In this document: positions 53,593 to 64,000 of the stretch, one piece after another
How positions within the stretch are numbered: position 1 is the stretch's first letter
How the letters are laid out: each line of letters begins with the position of its first letter
Origin: Eledone cirrhosa
Taxonomy: Eukaryota
Assembly (NCBI GenBank): GCA_964016885.1
Contig: OZ024753.1
Span: 9,548,001-9,612,000, forward strand
Length of the DNA stretch: 64,000 bases
Direction of reading: 5' to 3'
The notes under the pieces: model-generated
What the model was told of the DNA's origin: nothing
What the model saw: only the letters and a program-made list of their open reading frames with translations
The model's database searches: none
Translations under genes and position numbers: made by a program

Positions 53593-54817
53593 ATACTGTG
53601 GTATTAACATGACTTTACAGAGAAAGGGTGGTGTGGGTTTGAGTGGGAGGATGGAGTAGGGGTAGTGAGTTGAGGTGTATATTTGGTTAAGAGGTGCCTA
53701 CTGACTGTAGGTTTATATATATATATATATGCTCTTGAACAAAACAATAATTTTGGAACTAAATTTGGTGCTAGTAATGAATTATCATATCTACAGTCTG
53801 ATTGAGTAGGAAAACATTTTAAGAAATAAGCATTTCTTTAGCACTGAATCGTTTAGTACATCACCTAACAGATAGTTATTGCTCATAATGAATTATTAGG
53901 TCATAACTTTTGAACTCATCATGTTGAGAGACATTTTAAGAAATTGAAATGAAATTGCTGTTGCATGCTGAATGTCGTTTTCTTTTGATGAGTTATAATC
54001 TTACTTTGACACACTGTGATAAAACATTGTCAATTGATACCCCTACTCTACAAGCTAAATCCTTCCTTATGCCTAGATATCTCATATGACAGGTGATTAG
54101 CTTCAAGTTTTCATACCATTAATCTTTTCAAAACTATTGCTGATTGCAATGTACTTGTAATGGCTAATACAGATAATAATTCTAACAGTAAAATTCTAGC
54201 AATTCTAACTCCTTGTCAACCTGATATTCCTTCAACTGTCCATAACTGCTGACAGCAATGTGTAATGGCTTCTATATTTAGCTGTGCTAATTATAAATCT
54301 TATTGATAGTGAGCTGCCCTGTTCACAGACTATAGCTTTTGACAGTACTATGTTGTGTTATGGTCTCTAACTAGTTTAACTGTATTAATATGTTAAACCT
54401 TTCACAGTCTCACAACTCTTGGCATTATTACACATAACTGAAACTACCTATGTCCAACTATTGTAATCTTTTCACAGATCACAGCTATTGGCATTACAAT
54501 GTCATGGTAACTGCTGCTGTTTCTACAACTTTCTCGCTCGCTCATGAAATCCACCCAGCTTAAGCTGACCGGATAACCATGTTGCTTGTTTTTTCCTATC
54601 TTTGCGTTGCTATCAATCCTTCTATGTTTCTTTACTTGTCTCGCCCGCTTTACGCGCTTTACTTGTCCCAATAGCTTTATTTAGCTATTGCTCGCGCCAA
54701 CCGGAGGTATATGATTTTTAAAGCGATGAAATACCAATGAAGGTTGGAAAATCACTGACGAAGGACTATTTTTATCATATGTAACCCATGTGCAACCACG
54801 CAGTATTCTTTCTTCTC

Positions 54818-54869
<52 letters not shown>

Positions 54870-55101
54870 CAAGATGGCGTAGGACAGAACAAAGGAGAGG
54901 CACAAAAACAAAGAAAAGAATCCCCAGTCACTGAATGTGTGACGAAAGAACTTTGACAATATATGAACAACCGTCCGGTTGTGGAACCAACCAACCGGAA
55001 ATTTATAAATTCCTAAATTTATAAATTTTATTTATAATAAATTGAAGTGAAAGCATCTGGTGCGTGTGTTTCTTATTGGCAACATGACCCTCCCAAAGCA
55101 T

Positions 55102-55142
<41 letters not shown>

Positions 55143-55450
55143 TAGTATTAATTGTACTATTTATGGTTATGAAAATACAAAAACCTTTAGCAGTTATATG
55201 TATTTTTTATACAAACCCTAAATAGTGGTAGGCAGTAAAGTATTACTAGCTTATTACCAGTAAGTTAAGTAGCTCAATGTAAAAACATCAGATGATTTAC
55301 AGAGCAGTTATATGAAATATAAGAATCAAAGAACTGTTCAAAACATTATTGTGCTAATGTTTTGAACAGTTCTTTGATTCTTATATTTCATATATATATA
55401 TATATATACAATATATTAATAAATGGAAACTATATTTATAAAACCATAAT

Positions 55451-55515
55451 TATTTTATTATATATATTTCAAGGACAACCAAGGCATTCTTGGTGCGCTT
55501 TCATCAGATAAAATA
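55451..55515 (-). ncRNA. Type I hammerhead ribozyme, family H1
   Basis: Minus strand: tattttat-CTGATGA-aagcgcaccaag/cttggttgtcctt-GAAA-tatatATA-ataaaata. Confidence 0.8.
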
Positions 55516-56162
55516 CAAGATTTGTTTTATAAATATTGACATAACCGTGGAAAAAACAACCTTGACGGTTGAAAGTTCATATATGATACATATGTGTGAA
55601 GGCACATGGCTTAGTGGTTAGAGCATTGGGCTTGCATTCAAAGGGTTGTGAGTTCAATTCTCGAACCGGGAGATGTGTTGTTTCCTCGAGCAAGACACTT
55701 TATTTCACATTGCTCCAGTTTATTCAGCTGTAGAAATGAGATGATAGGACTGGCGTCCCTATCATTCCACTGCAAAGTGGTCGTGGATGTGCCATGGCAA
55801 AAAAGCACCCAGCACTCACTGTAAAGTGGACGTGTAGGGGCCACGGAAAAAAAGCACCCAGCACTCACTGTAAATGAGGTTGGTGTTAGGAAGGGCAACC
55901 AGCTGTAGAAATCAAGCCAGATTCAGTTCCCGTATGAGCAAGACAAGGTCAGCTGACCGGACACTGCCCACAACAGGACAACCAGTCTAACCCATGCTAG
56001 TGTGGAAGAATGGACCTAAAACGGTGATGATGATGATGATGATGATATGCGTGTGTGTGTGTGTTAGGTAATTCCGAAGAAAAAGCAAAGGAAAAAAGAG
56101 TGCTCTATGAACAGAGCTATTTAATTAGAAAATGAGCAACACAAAATATAACTAGAAAACAT

Positions 56163-56230
56163 CTCTGTCTGATGAACGATCCAGACGTATATCAATATCA
56201 TCTGGCATACAGAAACCTTTGGTAATGGAG
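56163..56230 (+). ncRNA. Type I hammerhead ribozyme, family H4
   Basis: ctctgt-CTGATGA-..ccaga/tctgg..-GAAA-cctttgGTA-atggag. The base of stem II is weak. Confidence 0.6.
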
Positions 56231-56274
56231 TAGTTATATTTTGTGTTTTTCACTTTCTAATTAAATATATATAT

Positions 56275-56400
56275 ATAGGAAAATAGTCAGGACCCCGACG
56301 GCTGAGCTCTGGCCATTTCGACAGCTAAATTCGAACTAGTTCAGATCTAGCTATCGAAACGGCTGGTGCTTAGCCGTCGGGATCCTGACTCTTTTCCTAT
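56275..56400. mobile_element. Small palindromic MITE (truncated relative at ~12857-12915)
   Basis: ataggaaaatagtcaggaccccgacggctgagc ... gcttagccgtcgggatcctgactcttttcctat. Confidence 0.7.
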
Positions 56401-56531
56401 TACCCACTCTAGTACCCTAAGTATCGAGTATTCTGGTGCGTTATGGTCCATCTGGTGTCTTACCACACTTTCTTTGTTTTATATATATATATATAGATTA
56501 CATGAAACAAAGTTCTGTTTAAATCATTTAT

Positions 56532-56580
56532 CTGCTTACAATTGTTTCTTCCAAACCGAGGTTTGGTGTCTTCAGAGCAA
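56532..56580 (-). ncRNA. Type I hammerhead ribozyme, family H2
   Basis: Minus strand: ttgct-CTGAAGA-caccaaacc/ggtttggaa-GAAA-caattGTA-agcag. Confidence 0.68.
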
Positions 56581-56634
56581 TTATTCAGTGATTTTTAACA
56601 TACTTGACCTCCTTTTCAATGGACATTCCATTAA

Positions 56635-56703
<69 letters not shown>

Positions 56704-59628
56704 CAAATAAATTATCGAGAATCGGAACTTCGGCCCACGAAATAACGAAACACAATCTTCGAAATGTGCGGCAAAGTGCTCAATGGTTCGGATAAACCAG
56801 AGCTAAAACTAACGTTTAATACCAACACACTGAGACGATGCTTAAACAATCATTCGCACAGCCAAAAATACGACCAAGAAAATTCGGGCCAGACAAATAA
56901 AAATATATATGAACGAAAAATTAAAAAAATGAGCAAAGCAAACAATCTTTTAAATAAATTAAAAAACGATTTAAATATATTCACCTGTTCTATTGCTGTT
57001 ACCTGTTGGAATATCCATACCCTTATATATATATATATGGAGGCACATGGCTTAGTGGTTAGAGAATTGGCCTTGCAATCGAAAGGTTGTGAGTTCAATT
57101 CTCAGGCCAGGTGGTGTGTTGTTTCCTTGAGCAAGACACTTTATTTCACATTGCTCCAGTTTACTCAGCTGTAGAAATGAGATGATAGGGACTGGGGTCC
57201 ATATCATTCCACTGTAAAGTGGACGTGCAGGCGCCACGGAAAAAAAGCACCCAGCACTCACTGTAAATGAGGTTGGTGTTAGGAAGGGCATCCAGCTGTA
57301 GAAATCAAGCCAGAATCAGTTCCCGTCCCACCCTTGCAAGCAGGGAAAAGCGGACGTAAAATGAAATGATGATGATGATGATGATGATATATATATATAA
57401 TCATCATCGTTTAATGTCTATGATCTTCCATGCTAACATGGGTTAGACAGGTTTGTCCCATTTAAAGGTAAGTTGGGTCGGGTGTCCATGTCTCACTCAT
57501 GTAGGACTGTTTCTGGCTGGTTTTCTATGGCTAGATGCCCTTCTTAGCGCCAACCACATTTACAGTGTGAGCTGGGTGCTTTTTGCTGTGTCTTTTACAC
57601 AACCACTTTACCGTGAGGGCTGTATGTTTTGTGGTACCAACATAACATACATATAAATAATTGTTTCTACTTTTGGCACAAGGCCAGCAATTACCCAGTG
57701 TATTACTGGTACTTTATTTTATCGACCCCGTAAGGATGAAAGGCAAAGTTGACCTCGGAATGGCAAGGGCCGTAACTCTCTGCTGCAAAGCATGGCGTCC
57801 GACCCTCTGCTGTTACTGCCAATCCACCGCCTTACATATATATAAGGATATATTGCATGGGTTTGGAAAACTCCCGTCCAAACCCATGCAAGCGTGGAAG
57901 ATGGACGTTAAACGATGATGATGATGATGATATATATATTTGTGTGTATATACACATATCATCATCACTTCCATTTTACATCTATTTTCCACGCTAGCAT
58001 GGGTTAGACATGTTGTCCTGTTGTGGGCAATGCTAGGTCAGGTGGCCATGTCTTGCTCATACAGGACTGATTCTATCATTATAGCCAGTTGCAAATGTGT
58101 TAAATAAAATGGATGATGAATACTGTATGCAGGGAGACTGTGATTTTGCTGCAATCACACAAAATATTGTATATTGCTATTTACAGTGTGTACCAAAGGT
58201 TTCTGCTAAAGTAACAACAATTACCATATTATTTGAACAATTTATCAATTTCCAGCAATGTTTAATTGAAATAAATAGACTGAAGTGTTTTGCTTAGGGA
58301 CCTAAAATACAGTCTGTATAGGGATTAAAAGTTTCCAACAATATGAAGAGTTATATTTTCCTATTCTTAGTTGTTTTTTTGTGTGTGTGTGTTGTTTTTT
58401 TTTTGTTCCTATCAATATGACACACAATGTAGAAGTGAAATACAGTGGATAAGGTTATCTCGATTAAAAACTCCTCATCCATGAATTCAAATGACTCAGT
58501 GAGAAATCCCAACCTCTGGTTATCATCATCATCATCATCATCATCGTTTAATGTCCATATTCCACGCTTGCATGGGTTTGGACGGGAGTTTTCCCACTTG
58601 AGGCAAGAGTGGTTGTCTTGCTCGCATGGGACTGTCTGGCGGGTTTTCTACGGCTGGATGCCCTTCCTAACACCAACCACATTTACAGTGTGGAACTGGG
58701 AGGTTTTTACCGTGTTACCTACACGGCCACATTACAGCGTGGACTGTGTGTTTTTTTGTCGTGACACCTACACGACCTCATTTGTTTCAGGGGGGTTTTT
58801 ACCGTTGCTCTACCATATCTTCTGTTAATAGAACTGTTACAGCTTCTTGGGACGGGTTTGTCTTCTACCACCTCTACCCAAGCCCACCTAACAGCTATAC
58901 ATATGTTTATTTATTGAACAGTATTTAGAAAATACTTTAAATTGCAATTTTAACAAGTGGTAATTAGAATGATGAGGTCAACTTTGCCTTTCATCATTGA
59001 TTAACTAAAAGTACTAGGCAAGTACTGGAGTTGATTTAACCCTTTAGCATTTAAACCGGCCACATTTGGCCAGAGTTCTCTCACCTCTTTCTGTTCAAAC
59101 AGGCCATAACTGGCCACTCATACTGATGTTAAGGTATTGTTTTCAAAATAAATAACATTAAAATCTCATAGATTCGATATTATGTGAGATAAAGCCTTTA
59201 TCATGAAAATACAATAGTAAATATAGAGTAATGTAAATGCTACAGGCTTAATCAACTTTGCCTTTCTTCCTTCCATAATTGCTGGCCCTGTGCATACATT
59301 AGAAATCAATATTACACACATATATATCATTTTCATCAGTAACATCATATCACTATGATCATCAATGAAAGTTTTATTCTAGATTTCTCTCTTTCTTTCA
59401 CACATTTTTTCTCTCTCTCATATGCACACACATTTCTCTCTCTCTCACACACACACACACACAAATACACAATTTGTTTTTTGTCTTTCTCATAGACACA
59501 CATTTTTTCTAGCGTATTTAGCTTGCATATAAATGTTTCTTTAATGTATTTATGTTTATCATAAAAAATCTTAACCATTATAATACAAAACACACACACA
59601 TTGTAAACATACGCACATACATACAAAC

Positions 59629-59711
<83 letters not shown>

Positions 59712-59951
59712 CACATGGAGGCACATGGCTTAGTGGTTAGAGCATTGGGCCTTGCAATCAAAAGGTTGTGAGTTCAATTCTCAGACCGGGTGATGTGTTG
59801 TTTCCTTGAGCAAGACACTTTAGGTTATTTATAATTTTTTTTCAAATTTTTGGTTGTCAAAATTAGGGTGTGTCCTCTAGGGCGAAGCGTCTTCGGCGCT
59901 GGGAAATACAGTACAGTGTTTCTTCCCTGGAATTATGTTGAAAATTAAACC

Positions 59952-60232
59952 TCATTTGGTCATTCCATGAGAGTATCTTGGTCGGTCTATGAACTTTCCA
60001 ATTGACCCTCATATAATAACAACATTGTTTCTTCCCCGGGACTATATTGAACAATAAACATCATTTGGTCATTCCATGAGAGTATCTTGGTCGGTCTATG
60101 AACTTTCCAATTGACCCTCATATAATAACAACATTGTTTCTTCCTCGGGACTATATTAAACAATAAACATCATTTGGTCATTCCATGAGAGTATCTTGGT
60201 CAGTCTATGAACTTTTCAATTGACCCTCATAT
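59952..60232. repeat. 109-bp tandem repeat (~2.6 copies) of a mariner-like MITE end plus flank
   Basis: tcatttggtcattccatgagag at 59952, 60061 and 60170. Each unit carries gaactttccaattgaccctcaTA. Confidence 0.8.
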
Positions 60233-61664
60233 ATATTGACCCTGCATGCTTATACAGGTTTGTTTATATTTCAGTATGAAAACATATAAGCAATCAATAT
60301 ATATTTGTGCTGGAAGTGTAATATGTAATGCTCAAACTTTTTATACATACTCAAGAGTTACAGCTTGTCGCAGGTGGAGACAAAACATAATACTCCTAAT
60401 TTCTATTTAATGACTTTCTGAAGGAAGCCGGTACCATGCCAAAGGAAGCTACACAAGAATTAGACAAGAGATCAACAGCATTGACACAAGCTGCCAGTTT
60501 CTCTACAGCCAGTGATTATTACAGTTTGCTGATGGTGGAAGGTGATTTGTAAGAAAGCCAGCTATCGATTAAAACTTTTAATATACAATACATACATAGG
60601 GTTGTGAAGGCACGTGGCTGAGTGGTTAGATAATTAGATTCGCAATCATGAGGTTGTGAGTTCGATTCCCGGACCGGGCAATGCGTTATGTCCTTGGGCA
60701 AGACACTTTATTTTCACGTTGCTCCTTCTACCTGGAGTTGCGACCGATAGAGTATTAGCAATTAGAAAGACCAATGGAAACATTGTTTCCTCAGTCCGAT
60801 TTGACGAAAGTCGATCGACTGTCGATACCTATGGTAGGTGGGGAATTGGCAGAGTTGTTAAGACGTTAGATAGAGTACTCAGCAGTATTCATTTTGACTA
60901 TCTCTTCTCTCAGTTCAAATCATACTGAGGTCAACTTTGCCTTTCAGTAATTTAACCCTTTACATGGCTTAGTGGTTACAGCATTGGCCTTGCAATTGAA
61001 AGGTTGTGAGTTCAATTCTCAGACCGGCTGATGTGTTGTTTCCTTGAGCAAGAGACTTTATTTCACATTGCTCCAGTTTACTCAGCTGTAGAAATGAGAT
61101 GATAGGGACTGGGGTCCCTATCATTCCACTGCAAAGTGGTCGTGGAGGTTCCACGGCAAAAAAAGCACCCAGCACTCACTGTAAATGAGGTTGGCGTTAG
61201 GAATGGCATCCAGCTGTAGAAATCAAGCCAGGATCAGTTCCCATCCCACCCTTGCAAGCAGAGAAAAGCAGACGTAAAATGATGATTATGAGTGTCCAAA
61301 CCGGCCAAAACCGCCCAGAATTCTCTACCTTTTTCTGTTGAAACTGGCTGTAACTGGCCACTCAAACTGATGTTAAGGTATTGTTCTCAAAATAAATACT
61401 TTCAAAATCTCATAGATTTGATATTATGTGAGATAATTATGTGAGGTAAGGCCTTTACCATGAAAATATAATAATAAATATAGAGTAATGTGAATACTAA
61501 AGGGTTAAGGTCGATAAAAAAGTACCAGTCAAGTACTGGGGTCAATTCTTCCTCACTTCCATTTACTCACAAACTCTGTCCTTCTCTGGAAGAAACCTGC
61601 TATGTTCAGACCCGGATAGGGCCTTCCAGGTTTTAAAAAAATGGTACCTCTACGACTCCCTCAG

Positions 61665-62352
61665 GACCATCACCATCACTAACACCATCACCATCATCGT
61701 TATCATCATTAATACAATCACTATCATCATTATCATCACCATCATTAACACCATCACCATCACTACCATCATTATTATCATCATCATCACTATCATCATC
61801 ACCACTGCTGCCATCACCATCATTAACACCATCACCATCATCATCATTAACACCATCACCATCATCACCATCACTATCATCATCATTAACACCATCACCA
61901 TCATCAGCATCATTAACATCATTACCATCACCACCATCATCATCACCATCACTATCATCTTCACCATCACAATCATCATCACCATCACCATCATTAAAAC
62001 CATCACCATCATTACCATCACTAACACCATCACCACCACTATCCTCACCACCACCATCACCATCACTATCCTCACCATCACCATCACCAACACTATCACT
62101 ATCACCTTTACCATCACCACCACCATCACCACCATCACCACCACCATCACCATCACCACCATCACCACCACCACTATCACCACCATCACCATCATCACCA
62201 TCACCATCATCACCTTTACCATCACCACCACCATCACCATCACCACCACCATCACCATCACCACCATCACCATCACCATCACCACCATCACCACCACCAC
62301 CACCACCACCACCATCACCACCATCACCATCATCACCATCACCATCATCACC
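61665..62352. repeat. (CAC/CAT)n trinucleotide repeat
   Basis: Direct reading. It is the source of the MV-rich ORF. Confidence 0.95.
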
Positions 62353-62774
62353 AACAAGATGATCATCCTCATTCTGGCAGGTGGGATGTGATACACATTA
62401 TTTCCAATCTGATTTCTCTGCCAAATATATTATAAAAACAATAGCTTAATGGAACCACCAATATAGCCTCTACATGGTGGCTCTCCCTGCAAGAAATAGC
62501 AGCCACATCTCCCTAAAATCACATCTCACCATTTTAAAACAGGATGTAATGTTCACATCTCTGGAATGCCTTTAATCATAGGTCTACTCCCCAAAGGCTA
62601 ATCACGGTTTAAACAAAACTAACTACCAACATTTCAAGCCAGCAAAAAAAGCCTATACATGGTCAATGACACTACTAAAAACAACAGCCAAATCTCCACC
62701 AAATCTCCCTGAAATAATCCAAAACAGATCTTTAAAAAAGTTGGAAAACGTGATTCTGTGTTCTCTGTATGTAG

Positions 62775-64000
62775 TATACTGGGTGTATTTTATTGTGGCA
62801 CCAACACTACCACTTTACAGAGTGTACTGGGTGTATTTTATTCTGATACCAGCACTACCACTTTACAGCGTGTACTGGATGTATTTTATTGTGGCACCAG
62901 CACTACCACTTTATAGAGTGTACTGGGTGTATTTTATTGTGGCACCAGCACTACCACTTTATAGAGTGTACTGGATGTATTTTATTGTGGCACCAGCACT
63001 ACCACTTTATACAGTGTACTGGATGTATTTTATTGTGGCACCAGCACTACCACTTTATACAGTGTACTGGATGTATTTTATTGTGGCACCAGCACTACCA
63101 CTTTACAGAGTGTACTGGGTGTGTTTTATTGTGGCACCAGCACTACCACTTTACAGAGTGTACTGGATGTATTTTATTGTGGCACCAGCACTACCACTTT
63201 ATACAGTGTACTGGATGTATTTTATTGTGGCACCAGCACTACCACTTTACAGAGTGTACTGGGTGTGTTTTATTGTGGCACCAGCACTACCACTTTACAG
63301 AGTGTACTGGATGTATTTTATTGTGGCACCAGCACTACCACTTTATACAGTGTACTGGATGTATTTTATTGTGGCACCAGCACTACCACTTTACAGAGTG
63401 TACTGGGTGTGTTTTATTGTGGCACCAGCACTACCACTTTACAGAGTGTACTGGATGTATTTTATTGTGGCACCAGCACTACCACTTTACAGAGTGTACT
63501 GGGTGTATTTTATTGTGGCACCAGCACTACCACTTTATAGAGTGTACTGGATGTATTTTATTGTGGCACCAGCACTACCACTTTACAGAGTGTACTGGGT
63601 GTGTTTTATTGTGGCACCAGCACTACCACTTTATACAGTGTACTGGGTGTATTTTATTGTGGCACCAGCACTACCACTTTACAGAGTGTACTGGGTGTAT
63701 TTTATTGTGGCACCAGCACTACCACTTTATAGAGTGTACTGGATGTATTTTATTGTGGCACCAGCACTACCACTTTATAGAGTGTACTGGATGTATTTTA
63801 TTGTGGCACCAGCACTACCACTTTATACAGTGTACTGGATGTATTTTATTGTGGCACCAGCACTACCACTTTATACAGTGTACTGGATGTATTTTATTGT
63901 GGCACCAGCACTACCACTTTATAGAGTGTACTGGATGTATTTTATTGTGGCACCAGCACTACCACTTTATACAGTGTACTGGATGTATTTTATTGTGGCA
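62775..64000. repeat. 48-bp tandem repeat, >=25 copies, running off the window end
   Basis: Unit gtgtactggatgtattttattgtggcaccagcactaccactttataga, period 48 (62822, 62870, ...). Confidence 0.95.

Overview
AT-rich, repeat-dominated animal DNA, not prokaryotic. The SINE, LINE and microsatellite content suggests an octopus-like cephalopod; this is an inference. The only host coding sequence I can support is one 107-bp internal exon of DPH5 (diphthine methyl ester synthase, minus strand, 41116-41222), so most of the window is probably DPH5 intron. The rest consists of 5'-truncated retroelements (R4/Dong-type RLE, RTE, Tx1/L1 and a Penelope GIY-YIG fragment), three tRNA-derived SINE families, piggyBac/hAT/mariner/pogo-type MITEs, a probable Helitron and many tandem repeats. 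Nearly all ORF-track ORFs are microsatellite or SINE artefacts. The most notable hidden signal is at least 14 type-I hammerhead-ribozyme folds with intact cores (CUGANGA...GAAA...NUH), plus several mutated copies. They come from about 5 sequence families of short non-coding elements, mostly next to (TA)n tracts. One family shows stem covariation and an invariant C-C mismatch in stem II, and two copies are ~120-156 bp fold-backs carrying a ribozyme on each strand. A second theme is tandem arrays seeded by transposon ends. All structures were folded by eye, and repeat boundaries are approximate unless a junction sequence is quoted.
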